Virus record (IMG/VR): IMGVR_UViG_3300044811_000010 | Span: 16,255-80,254 of that record | Length of the DNA: 64,000 nucleotides | Strand: one strand, 5' to 3' | Origin: a virus | Shown: positions 39,803 through 49,188 of the stretch, piece by piece | How positions within the stretch are numbered: the first letter of the stretch is position 1 | How the letters are laid out: each line of letters opens with the position of its first letter | Program-made: the position numbers and the translations under genes | The notes under the pieces: model-generated | What the model was told of the DNA's origin: nothing | Seen by the model: only the letters and a program-made list of their open reading frames with translations | Databases searched by the model: none

Positions 39803-40638
39803 CAGACTCCCAGCCCACCCTTCGCGTCCGGCTCGACGGGCTTGTCGCCTGTCGCAGCGGCGACCGCGTTGTCCGACACGCGACCTGCGGCTACGGCCTG
39901 CGCCAGCTCGACGGCCTGCGACCGCTCTTCCGGAGTCGTCTCGCGACCCAGCGTCGCGTTCAGCAGGTGCGCGGAGCCCCTGTCAAACGTGCGCTTCTCC
40001 GTGGACAGGTCGTAGACCTTGTCCCAGAACGGACGGTTGCGCAGCGACGCCTTCTTCAGCGTCAGGATCTTGCGGACAGCGGGCATGTTGGTCCGCTGCA
40101 GCGATAGACGAACCGGCTGCAGCTCGTCCTCGTCATCGCTTCCCTCGACCGCGCTGATGACAGCGAGCCCAGTGAAGTTGTGGGTGGTCGAAATCAGCGG
40201 GCCCTTGCCCCACTCGATCTCCTTGGCGTTGACGCGCTTCTTGAACGTCTCTTCGGCGTCCGGGTGCTCCGAGAACGGAGTCCCGACGAACTGCTCGCCG
40301 ACGAGGTCAGCCCACGCCTCGGGGATGGAGTCGCCGAAGGCGACGTAGGCGCGACCGGAGTCGCGGTCGGCCGCGAAGCGGCCCTTCTGGTAGAAGGAGA
40401 CGATGAACTCCAACTTGTCTCCGATGCCCTGACCAGTCAGGGTGTTGATGAACTCGCCGGCCTCGGCCTGCTCGTTCTGAACCTCACGGGTGAGGGGCTG
40501 ACCGATCTTGAGGATCGGTGTCTGGAACAGGTCGGAGTCGATCTCCGAGTCCTGCTGGGCCTGAAGAGCCTGCAGCTCTTCCGGCGAGATAAGAGCGCCT
40601 GCGCTCTCGGGGGCTTCCACGTCGGTTGACGGGGTCAT
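39802..40638 (-). CDS. putative ssDNA-binding / replication accessory protein
   Basis: P.LKIGQ...GEF.NT.T pattern; acidic; located in the replication module. Confidence 0.45.
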   Translation of the reverse strand: MTPSTDVEAPESAGALISPEELQALQAQQDSEIDSDLFQTPILKIGQPLTREVQNEQAEAGEFINTLTGQGIGDKLEFIVSFYQKGRFAADRDSGRAYVAFGDSIPEAWADLVGEQFVGTPFSEHPDAEETFKKRVNAKEIEWGKGPLISTTHNFTGLAVISAVEGSDDEDELQPVRLSLQRTNMPAVRKILTLKKASLRNRPFWDKVYDLSTEKRTFDRGSAHLLNATLGRETTPEERSQAVELAQAVAAGRVSDNAVAAATGDKPVEPDAKGGLGV

Positions 40639-40685
40639 GCTGATGATGCCTCCTATCGTTGGTTTCTGCGTCTGAGCGGAAGAAC

Positions 40686-40728
40686 CGCGCGACCCACTGA
40701 GAGTAGCAGCTCAGTGGGTCGCGCGCAA
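40686..40728 (-). promoter_or_regulatory. 16-bp hairpin overlapping a TTGCGC-17-TACTCT promoter
   Basis: Perfect inverted repeat 40686-40701/40710-40725 with an 8-nt loop. Confidence 0.7.
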
Positions 40729-40731
40729 GTG

Positions 40732-41133
40732 CTAGCCGGTGTGCAGGTTGAAGTCCGGAATGATGTTCTGCGGCTTGAGGACGATCTCCGTGTGGTACTC
40801 GCTGACGTTGAGCCCTTCGAGCTGCGTAGCGACGAAGAACATGTTGTCGGCGAGGCCGAAGTAGTGCTTCTTGAAGTCGTGCAGACCCTGCTGGCAGGTG
40901 ACCACCAGCGCCCGGATGCCCGGAAGACTGTCGGAGCCCTCGATGGAGCAGCGGCCGACAACCTCGAACTCCACCTTGTCGGTGATTCCGTTGACGCCGA
41001 TGATTCGGCGCTGGCAGTTGAACTTCTCGCATTCGGTGCTGATGTTCTTCGACACCTTGTCGGCGTTCGACGCACAACCAGCGAGCGGGACGATGAAGAC
41101 GACAGCGAGAAGAAGTGCGATGGTGCGCTTCAT
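40732..41133 (-). CDS. phage lipoprotein
   Basis: Lipobox LAGC; ADKVSKN.S...F...RRI..VNGITD family pattern. Confidence 0.8.
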   Translation of the reverse strand: MKRTIALLLAVVFIVPLAGCASNADKVSKNISTECEKFNCQRRIIGVNGITDKVEFEVVGRCSIEGSDSLPGIRALVVTCQQGLHDFKKHYFGLADNMFFVATQLEGLNVSEYHTEIVLKPQNIIPDFNLHTG

Positions 41134-41167
41134 GAGTATGGATCCTCCTTCGTTGGGATACAGATGA

Positions 41168-41204
41168 CGCGAGGGACGCTACAGCACGCCCCTCGCGATG
41201 TCAA
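41168..41204 (-). promoter_or_regulatory. TTGACA-17-TAGCGT promoter within an 11-bp hairpin
   Basis: -35 at 41199-41204, -10 at 41176-41181. Confidence 0.75.
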
Positions 41205-41207
41205 GCG

Positions 41208-41627
41208 TCAGCTCTTCTGCTTCGTGATGCTCACGAAGCGGCGCTGGTAGAAGTCAAGGCCGGGCGGCAGCTTCTCGCCCTGCTCAACAGCGTCGCGCAC
41301 CAGCTCATTGACGCGAGCCATAACGAACTTCGGCTCGCTGACTTCCTCGACCATCTGGCGCTGCTCGAAGTATTCCTGCGCTTCGTCGGCGTCGATGACG
41401 CGGCCGTAGATCGTCTCGCGAGCTTGGAAGCTGACCTTGCCCCACGGCTCGCCAAGGTCGATGTTGTTGAGCCTGTCCATCGGGCCTTCATCGAGAGCTT
41501 CGTACACGTCAGCCTCTGCCTCGCGGTACGCCTTCTCGTCAATCTCGGCCTGCTTCTTGGACTCGTCCCGGCGCTGCCTCAGCTCCATGAGCCTGCGGAG
41601 CTTCTGCAGGCTGTCTTCACCGATCAT
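41208..41627 (-). CDS. conserved phage hypothetical coiled-coil protein
   Basis: Coupled to SNF2 gene; ends with LPPGL. Confidence 0.65.
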   Translation of the reverse strand: MIGEDSLQKLRRLMELRQRRDESKKQAEIDEKAYREAEADVYEALDEGPMDRLNNIDLGEPWGKVSFQARETIYGRVIDADEAQEYFEQRQMVEEVSEPKFVMARVNELVRDAVEQGEKLPPGLDFYQRRFVSITKQKS

Positions 41628-43489
41628 GCTGCGCCCTCCTTGATCTCGTCCTTAGGAATCACGGTCTTGACGATGCCTTCCTTGAGCGTGTTGGTCGGCT
41701 CGACGTTGTTGGTCGACACGGTGTTGCGCGGGAGCGGGATGTAGATGCGGACCAGCTCCTGCTGGCCGAGCCGGTCGCAACGCGACTCCCACTGCTCGTT
41801 GGTCGCTGGCACCCAGGCCCGCGTGAGCTGGTACATCGAATGGCCGCTCGTGAGGGTGATGCCTTCCTTCGTGGCGTCGAGCGTGCCGACGATCACGTCC
41901 AGCTCGCCGCGCTGAAAGGCGTCCTCCATCTTCGTGCGGTCCTCCGGCGGCGTGTCCCCAGTGTACACGCCCACGTCGGCGTTGTACTTGGACCGCAGCC
42001 GAGCGGCGAGGATGTTGCAGGACTCCTTGAACTTGCACGCCACAACCCACTGAGTAGGCCGCGAGTCGATGAACTTCTGCTCGAAGTCATCCATCAGCGC
42101 CGAGTCGTCCTCACCGCCGAGGATCGCCGGGTTCTCAAGGATCTGCTGGCAGCGAATCATGCGGGCGGCGCCGTTGGGGATGTTGTAGAGCATCCCGACC
42201 GGGTCTACCGCCTGCTCGATCTGCAGCGCTGTGGTGTCTCCGGCCGCCGCGTCCTTCTTGACTTCGAGCCACATGACCTTCTCGGCCTCGTCGTAGAGCT
42301 TGCGCTGCTTGGGGTTCAAGTCGACTTCGTACCGAATCCGCTTGCGCCCCTTGAGGCCGAGGATCGCAGCGGTGCGCCGGATCAGCTTCCCACGCAGCAC
42401 GAACCGCAGCGCGTCCGGGTTCTTGACGCCAGTGACGACCTTGCGCTTGTACTGATCCTCCCAGTAGTCAACGTAGTCCTCGTAGAACGCCCAGTAGGCG
42501 ACGCGGGGGTGGCCTGCGGGGTTCTTGGCCGAGCGCGGGGTGGAGTTCCCGTACTCGTCCGGCCACAGCCAGCGGAGGATGGACCACAGCTCGTCGGGGG
42601 AGTTCATCAGCGGCGTGCCGGTGAGCCCGAGCATCATCTGCCCCTTGACGCGCCAGAGTCCCTGCGTCTGCTGAGACTTACGGTTCTTGGCGCGGTGGAC
42701 CTCGTCGGCGATGGTTGCGAGCCATTCAGTGTCCTCGAACAGCGGCTCCTTCAGCATCGTGACCGTCTTCCGGCCGCCGTTCTTGAGCAGTACCTTCTCC
42801 TTCTTGACGCGTAGCTGCTCCCAGTTGACGATGGTCCACGCCGATTCCTCGATGGCTGCTTCGAGCTGCTTGGACCGTGCCGCCGGCGACTTGGCGTCAA
42901 CGATCTGGTGTGGAGCGTCTTCAAGCCACCGGCTGATCTCGCGAGCCCAGCCGCCCAGCACCGAGTTCGGCGCAACGACCAGCTTCGGCCCGTCGATCTG
43001 TCCGTTGCGTAGCGCGAACTCTTCGACCGCGCTGATCGCCTCGAACGTCTTTCCGAGCCCCATGTCGTCGGCGAGGATAGCTCGCGTCGAGGCCGCCATT
43101 GCTGAGACTGCGGCTCGCTGGTAGTCCAGCAGCCCGTCGTACTTCTCGTCGTTGACGTACTCGGGCTGCCACGGCATGCGCTTAGTCGCCCACGGAACCA
43201 GCAGGTCTGCGGCGTCGTCGGGCAGCTCGGTCGTCAGCGACTCCTCCGCTCCGCCCTTGGCCTCCTTGATCCACTGGATGATCTCAGGGTCGCACTCCGG
43301 GCGCAGCGTCTTGAGTACGCGCTCTGCGTTCTGGACCGTCGCCGGGACGATCCACAGCTTCGTGTCCCAGTCGAACCGGCGTCCGGGGATGTCGCTGACC
43401 TTGTCCTTGGCATCCTGGAATTCCATGCCACGGCAGCCCGATAGGGCCAGTTCCAGCGAGTCTCCGTTTCGCGTCAGGACAGGCGGCAT
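41624..43489 (-). CDS. SNF2-family helicase with HARP-like N-terminus
   Basis: IPGRRFD...W, LADDMGLGKT, DEVH, LTGTP, EGITL, R..RLGQ. Confidence 0.9.
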   Translation of the reverse strand: MPPVLTRNGDSLELALSGCRGMEFQDAKDKVSDIPGRRFDWDTKLWIVPATVQNAERVLKTLRPECDPEIIQWIKEAKGGAEESLTTELPDDAADLLVPWATKRMPWQPEYVNDEKYDGLLDYQRAAVSAMAASTRAILADDMGLGKTFEAISAVEEFALRNGQIDGPKLVVAPNSVLGGWAREISRWLEDAPHQIVDAKSPAARSKQLEAAIEESAWTIVNWEQLRVKKEKVLLKNGGRKTVTMLKEPLFEDTEWLATIADEVHRAKNRKSQQTQGLWRVKGQMMLGLTGTPLMNSPDELWSILRWLWPDEYGNSTPRSAKNPAGHPRVAYWAFYEDYVDYWEDQYKRKVVTGVKNPDALRFVLRGKLIRRTAAILGLKGRKRIRYEVDLNPKQRKLYDEAEKVMWLEVKKDAAAGDTTALQIEQAVDPVGMLYNIPNGAARMIRCQQILENPAILGGEDDSALMDDFEQKFIDSRPTQWVVACKFKESCNILAARLRSKYNADVGVYTGDTPPEDRTKMEDAFQRGELDVIVGTLDATKEGITLTSGHSMYQLTRAWVPATNEQWESRCDRLGQQELVRIYIPLPRNTVSTNNVEPTNTLKEGIVKTVIPKDEIKEGAA

Positions 43490-43607
43490 CAGGAGCGCGT
43501 CGAGCCGCCGCCGTAGCGGCGTTCGTAGGCCGCCTTCTTAGCCAGCTCGTCAGCGAGGATCGTGACCTGCTTGATCAAGCTGATGATGGCGTGCTCTAGA
43601 GCCATGC

Positions 43608-43826
43608 TCATTCGACGCGCTCGGCTTCCATGGCAGAGATGTTCTGGGGGTTGACGTAGAGGATCTTCACGGGTAGTCCTTCGAGCTTGACGCGCTCTTC
43701 AGCGATAAGCGCGGGGATTCCGTACGTCTCCTCGTTGACGAGGCTGATGTAGTTGATCCCCGAAAACTCGATGGGCTCCCCTGTTTCGTCAGCGGCGGGA
43801 AAGACCCGTACGTTGATCGTGTTCAT
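43608..43826 (-). CDS. hypothetical protein
   Basis: AAGGAG RBS. Confidence 0.6.
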   Translation of the reverse strand: MNTINVRVFPAADETGEPIEFSGINYISLVNEETYGIPALIAEERVKLEGLPVKILYVNPQNISAMEAERVE

Positions 43827-43967
43827 GGGTAATGGTGCTCCTTTCGGGGCGAGTGATGTTGTAGATGGGCCTCCGGCTTACACGACGCCGCCACATAGGA
43901 CGCACGCCCCTCCATCCTCATCCAACCGGAGGCCCACCAAGAACGGTAGCAGACGATGCCGTCTGCG

Positions 43968-44297
43968 TCAAACCTTGGGAGGCTTGCGCGGGTTGAATCC
44001 TGCGGCCCTCGCGAGGACGCCAAGCCGCGTCCGGAGGTTCTTCACGTCCTGCTCGGCGGCCTTGAACTGCCGGCCCTGAGGGGTGCCCTCCCAGCCCGGC
44101 GCGTCCGCATCCTCAGCACGTAGTAGCTGCCGCTCCATCTCGGCGTTGCGGGCCATCACGTCGGCGCTTGCGAGCGAGTCCGTGAGCAGGTCCACCAGCG
44201 CCAGCGACTGCCTTGCGGCGCGCTCGGCGACTTCGAACGGGTCGCCGTCGAAGTCGCGAGGGTCGCTGATGGAGAAGTTCTTGATCCTTGGTCCCAT
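43968..44297 (-). CDS. hypothetical protein
   Basis: AGGAGG RBS before the ATG at 44297. Confidence 0.6.
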   Translation of the reverse strand: MGPRIKNFSISDPRDFDGDPFEVAERAARQSLALVDLLTDSLASADVMARNAEMERQLLRAEDADAPGWEGTPQGRQFKAAEQDVKNLRTRLGVLARAAGFNPRKPPKV

Positions 44298-44325
44298 TTC
44301 ACTGCCTCCTAAGTCCGTAGACTGA

Positions 44326-45780
44326 GTGTTGATGTCTGCGCCTGAAGCCAAGAAGAGGTCGTTGTTCCCATGGTTCTATGCGACGCGTGGGCTGGGTGTA
44401 GTGTTCTTGCTCTACGGGTTGCTTCATGACCACTCCGGAGATCGGGGCACCATCATCCTCACGGGCGCTGGCCTGATCGGAGTCGACAAGGTGGCTCGTT
44501 CAGAACCCGGAAAGTAAAGACATGGTCCCACAGGATTGCGAAGAAGTCAAGCGACGTGATGGTCACGCAGCATTGATCTCCTGGATTGAGTGCCATCCGC
44601 GCACGGGCTGGTACATCGCGGTCCTGACCACGCTGAACGTGGTCCTGAACCTTCTCGGCCTGTTCCACTGACACGATAGACTGGTACTGATGCCCCAATT
44701 GACCGAAGATCAGCTCGACTTCTTCTCCCAGCAGACGGAACGCGCGGCTCGTAAGGCGGTGCGGCGCTACCGTCGGAGCGCGGTTGTTGGCTTCGCTGTC
44801 TTGGCGCTCGGAATCGGGGCACAGCAGTACACGACGAACCACGATGCGAATAGCTCTAGGCAGGCAATCGTGGTCACGACGCGCGACGTTGCCACAGCTA
44901 GCTGCAACGGGCGCTTCCTCGACCGGCAGGTTCTTCGTGAAATCGTAGAGGCCCAGAGGCCGGTTATCGCCGGTTATGTCAAGGACGGCACTCTGACCTT
45001 GGGCCAAGGCACGCAGGCCATCAAGCAGCTCAACGAGACACTGACTCTCCTACGCCTCCCCGACTGCCGGCGCGCTGCAGAGATCATCACCGATGATCCG
45101 ACGCATGCTGCCCCTAACACGCCTCCGGCGCTGTACCCCGGCGCCCCCGCTGCGGGCGGCTTCACCTACAAGGCCATCGGATAGCTCATGCTGCTCGTTG
45201 CATACATCGCCATCATGGGCTCAGCGCTCACCCTCAGCGCGTCCGGCCTCTTCGTTCCGGCGCTCGTGCTTGGGATCGTGGGGTCGATGTTGGCGTACCG
45301 CTGGACCATCGTGGCGGCTGCACACCGGGTCAAGACGCAAGCATCCCGGTCGCGCTCTTGATCGACCATCTGCGCAGCATCCGATGGTGGGACGCCACGG
45401 TCTTCGTGATTCTAATTGCGGCGATCATCTTCGCCATCCACACCCAACAGTCAGTGACGCGGGTCGAGCGCCACATCACAACCATCACGAGGGCTGGCGC
45501 GCGTGGTCGTCCGGGTAAGTCTTGCGTGGTCATCGTGCGGCGGCCTGTGGCCGTGGGGCCGCTTCAGCGCCGCGTGCTTCCCAGCCACGCTAGAAGGTCA
45601 AGCGCGCTAGGCACAGCTCGCCGCCCTAGCGGCGCAAGTCCGGGGCGAACGAAGGGCCACGCTCGAACCAAGAGCACAGCGGGCAAGGCACGCAAGCGCG
45701 ACGTGACTCGCAAGCACGCTGCCAAGCACCACGGTCGGCATCTAGGCCACAAGAAGCATCACGGCCACAAGAAGCACTAG
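44326..45780 (+). CDS. five-gene + strand membrane-protein cluster (44326-44517, 44522-44671, 44690-45184, 45188-45361, 45358-45780)
   Basis: Each ORF has 1-2 TM segments; TAGACT -10 boxes at 44318 and 44677. Confidence 0.6.
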
Positions 45781-45787
45781 GCGAGAC

Positions 45788-45964
45788 TCAGCCCGCCACG
45801 ACGGCGATGGACAGGCCCAGTGTCGTAAACGACAGAAGCACGACGCAGATGATGTAGAACGTAGAGTTCCACGTCCGCGTGATCGGCTGGTCGGCGAACT
45901 CCCAGACGAACCCGATTACGTTCCAGACGATGATGACCCACGCCAGCCAATGAGCGGTGTTCAT
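45788..45964 (-). CDS. 2-TM membrane protein
   Basis: Read by hand; ATGA coupling. Confidence 0.5.
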   Translation of the reverse strand: MNTAHWLAWVIIVWNVIGFVWEFADQPITRTWNSTFYIICVVLLSFTTLGLSIAVVAG

Positions 45965-46530
45965 CCTGTCACCGCGCAGATGGCCGTGACCACGACGTTC
46001 GCCGGAGTGGTCGTGTCGGTGTTAGAGATACGCGCCGTCCATGAGTCAGTGCCGCCGGGACCTGACGCCTGAATAGCCGTCGCCGAGGCGGAAGACGCTC
46101 CACCGCCTAGGACGTGTTGCCCGGCATCGCACACGGCCGAGAGGGTAGCCACCTGCAGCGGCCCAATCGAGGCTGACGCCTGCGGATAGGTCACCTGCGT
46201 TACGCCCGGCGAGCCCTGTGGGCCAGCAGGTCCCTGCGCTCCGGGGTCGCCCTTCTCGCCATGAACGGTGATGTTGATGCCGCTCGCCGGGTCGCTCAAG
46301 ACCTCAGTGATAGCGTCGCGCAGATTCGTCTTCGTGATCGCATGTGCCGGCGGCCTGGCCGACGGCGCAAGGTCACGAACGCGCACCGAGCGGTCGTGAA
46401 TGGCGCGCGTGCCTACGGCGCCGGTCCTGATCTGGTTCGGGCCGACCTGAGTGGCCGCGTAGCCCACGCCGCCGCTCGCCAATACGAGCGCGAGGACGGA
46501 GAGGGCCGTGGACGGCGAGGGGAGCCTCAT
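45961..46530 (-). CDS. secreted collagen-repeat protein
   Basis: Signal SPSTALSVLALVLASGG.GYAA; Gxx repeats; C..G..VLGGG..W..AIC domain. Confidence 0.75.
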   Translation of the reverse strand: MRLPSPSTALSVLALVLASGGVGYAATQVGPNQIRTGAVGTRAIHDRSVRVRDLAPSARPPAHAITKTNLRDAITEVLSDPASGINITVHGEKGDPGAQGPAGPQGSPGVTQVTYPQASASIGPLQVATLSAVCDAGQHVLGGGASSASATAIQASGPGGTDSWTARISNTDTTTPANVVVTAICAVTG

Positions 46531-46973
46531 GCGACCGAAACCTCGCCCTTCATGCGGTCCACGCGATAGGCGCGCGGCTCGTCGCGGTCGGGGTCGTAGC
46601 CCGTGAACGTGACGTGGCCTGCGACCTCCTTGACCTCCGTGGGCTGCAGGGTGCGCGTCTCGATGACGGCGCCGTCGCCCTTGGCGTAGCGGAATGTCAC
46701 GGTCTTGCTGTGGACAGCCGCGAGGCGCAACAGCCCCTCGTTGAAGCTGATCTGCGAAGCCAGAGGAACTCCGTCGAGCTTGACGCTCTGGGGGTGCTCA
46801 GCAGCATCGCCCAAGAATTCGTTGCAGGCGCTGCGCAGCGCACGCACGCCGTCCGTCTGCGCTTCCTGGAACTGGAAGCTGGAAACGTCCCGGTCGCCAT
46901 TGAGGTCGAGGGAGCCTGTCGCCGCGTGAATCTGCAGAACGTCGCCGCAACAGTCTGTGATGTTTACGTGCAT
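46527..46973 (-). CDS. WYL-domain protein
   Basis: VTFRY......TRTLQP....F.GYD..RDEPRAYRVDRM. Confidence 0.85.
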   Translation of the reverse strand: MHVNITDCCGDVLQIHAATGSLDLNGDRDVSSFQFQEAQTDGVRALRSACNEFLGDAAEHPQSVKLDGVPLASQISFNEGLLRLAAVHSKTVTFRYAKGDGAVIETRTLQPTEVKEVAGHVTFTGYDPDRDEPRAYRVDRMKGEVSVA

Positions 46974-47009
46974 GGTTGACCTCCTAGGGTCGTTGGGATA
47001 GCTGAAAGT

Positions 47010-47261
47010 CTAGCAGTAGTTGGCTCGCCGTCGCGTCAACGCGGCCAGCTTCGGGCGGTGCTCGTGCTCGTGGATCGCCGCGCGGACGATCAGATCGCGC
47101 TCGTCCTTGGGGAGCAGCAGGTTGCAGACGATCAGAGCGTCGCTGGGAGCCTCGGGGTGGAACTGGTAATCGCTCCACCTAGGGTTGGTGGGGTAGCCGC
47201 CGTGGGATGGCGTCGAGAAGTAGCCCACGTCGTCCTCGTCCTCGTAGATCACAACTCCCAC
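47010..47261 (-). CDS. hypothetical protein
   Basis: Overlapping ORF between the WYL genes. Confidence 0.45.
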   Translation of the reverse strand: MGVVIYEDEDDVGYFSTPSHGGYPTNPRWSDYQFHPEAPSDALIVCNLLLPKDERDLIVRAAIHEHEHRPKLAALTRRRANYC

Positions 47262-47752
47262 AGCCTTTCGATGCGATCCATCCTGAACGTGCGGGGCTCG
47301 TCCTTCGCCACGTCGAGCGCGACGAGATAGTCGGTCTGGAATCCGAGGCCGGCGCGGCGCTGCTCGACCCTGATCGGGACGATGGCGCGCGAGGACTCGA
47401 TTCCGTTTTCGGTGCTATAGCCGAGCTGCATCTGGGGAACGTCATCGAGGCTCAGAACCTCGATAAGCAGCTCCTTGATGCGCTCCGTGCTGGCCGCTCC
47501 ACGCTTGATGCGGGCCGTGGACGGCGTGGAGTGGGGCTCGACTGAGTCGCGCTGGTGAGGGACCACAACGTCGGGGCCGATGATGAACGGCTGTGTCTTG
47601 TTGTAGTAGGCATTCATCGCCTCCATGACAGCGTTTCGCTCAGAGACTCCGCCTCCGCAGGCGCCGCTGGACAGCAGCTCGCTGGACTCGCAGACGAAGG
47701 CGACGGTTCCGCCACCCTCGCGCACGAACGTCTCGACAAGGAGCCGCGTCAT
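47249..47752 (-). CDS. WYL-domain protein
   Basis: LGYS.ENG.ESSRAIVP...YLVALD..KDEPRTFRMDRI. Confidence 0.85.
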   Translation of the reverse strand: MTRLLVETFVREGGGTVAFVCESSELLSSGACGGGVSERNAVMEAMNAYYNKTQPFIIGPDVVVPHQRDSVEPHSTPSTARIKRGAASTERIKELLIEVLSLDDVPQMQLGYSTENGIESSRAIVPIRVEQRRAGLGFQTDYLVALDVAKDEPRTFRMDRIERLWEL

Positions 47753-47915
47753 GACTTCGTCTGGTTGCTGCCGAGGAACTGCAGCACGGCGATCACGAAC
47801 AGCGCGATGAACCAGCCGGACCACGGATGCCCTAGATCGGGGTTGGACCCGCACAGCGCCCAGATGAGAAGAAAGAGAAGCATGCGACCTCCTTGGATAG
47901 CTCTATGTCTGAAAC

Positions 47916-47944
47916 AGACTACAGCGTCTGGGGCGGCTTGTCAA
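47916..47944 (-). promoter_or_regulatory. sigma-A-like promoter TTGACA-17-TAGTCT
   Basis: Consensus -35 and spacing. Confidence 0.8.
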
Positions 47945-48091
47945 CTGCGGGCGCCGGCAATTCCCAGGTGCGCTCGATCTGCTCCGCCTTGGCGATGAAC
48001 GTCGCCGCCTGCTGGATGTGATACTTCGCGTCGCGGCGGGCGTCGGCTGCACGCTTGGCTGCGGCCTGCTGGCGCTTGGGGTCGATGGGCG

Positions 48092-48313
48092 TCATGGCAG
48101 CTTCTCCCCGACCACGTCAACCGCCTCGATCCAGACGCGCGTGCCGTCTTGTCGCGGTGCCCCGTAGGTGATGATCGCGTCGGACAACAGGGCGCGGCAA
48201 TAGCTCTCGACGCGGCCTGTCTTCGTGTCCTCGACCCGCACGGGCTCGGCGTCTGCGCCCGTGGGCGTATGGTCGAGCAGGGCGCGATCCACGCTGACGA
48301 CATAGCGCCTCAT
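48092..48313 (-). CDS. hypothetical protein
   Basis: Coupled ORF ending G.RVWIE. Confidence 0.55.
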   Translation of the reverse strand: MRRYVVSVDRALLDHTPTGADAEPVRVEDTKTGRVESYCRALLSDAIITYGAPRQDGTRVWIEAVDVVGEKLP

Positions 48314-48813
48314 GCGCGTTGGCCGGGGAAGGTGTCGAGCAGCACGTCTCCGACTTCATCGAAGAACTCCACGTCGGCGGTGTGCATCAGGGCGTTCGCC
48401 GCCGCGAGGGCGCCGTTAGGGTTGCCTCCGGTGAGCGCCATCAGCACCAGCGCGGTGGCGTAGCTCTCAGCCGAGAACGTCTCGTCGCCCTCGTCCTCAG
48501 GGACGCCGTTCGCAGGGGTCCTGAGCGTCGCGTCGAAGACCTGCTCTGGCGTAAGGTCGATGGCCGCCTTGGCACCACCAACCGAATCAGCTTCGAGCGC
48601 ACGCGCGGCCTTGTGGACCAACGACAGGTCGGCGTGGCGGCCAATGAGAACGGGCTGCTGACCGTTGGCCTTGAACTGGTCCACAGTCGCCACCGAGCGC
48701 TGTAGCGTGGACCCCAGCTCGTCACCGAGAACTTCGCGGGCGCGCCGGATGCCGACGACGACCTGAACTCGGCGGTTCACGTCGCAATCGACCATGTGGA
48801 GCGTGTGGGTCAT
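48310..48813 (-). CDS. protein with a possible ribosomal bL12 C-terminal-like domain
   Basis: RRVQVVVGIR...LG.TL..S...VD....P..I......A..LE resembles KI.VIK.VR...GL.EAK.LV..P. Confidence 0.35.
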   Translation of the reverse strand: MTHTLHMVDCDVNRRVQVVVGIRRAREVLGDELGSTLQRSVATVDQFKANGQQPVLIGRHADLSLVHKAARALEADSVGGAKAAIDLTPEQVFDATLRTPANGVPEDEGDETFSAESYATALVLMALTGGNPNGALAAANALMHTADVEFFDEVGDVLLDTFPGQRA

Positions 48814-49188
48814 GCGTCCTCCTGTCCGGTTACGAAGCCAGCATTGCTCCACGCCGCGAGGTCGTCCTCGGTCAGCGCGTTCTGAGTCACGATAGCGGAT
48901 AGCTCCGCAAGTCGCAGCCGGATGCGCTCAACGGTGTCGATGCGCAGCACGACGTGCCGCGCGTGACGGTCGTTCTCCTTCGAGGCGATGTAGTCCTCCA
49001 GGTCGCCGGCGTGATGTGGGATGCCTCGGAACTCGTCCATCAGCGGTACTCCTTCCTCAGCTTGGCGCGCTCAGTCGGGCGCCGCTGCTTGGCGGTCTTG
49101 CGGACGACGCTGGGTCGCTCGGTGAGCACGGGCTTAGGGCCGCGCTTGGCGGATCGCGCCGGAGCCTCGTGGCGTCGGTGGGTGCGGC

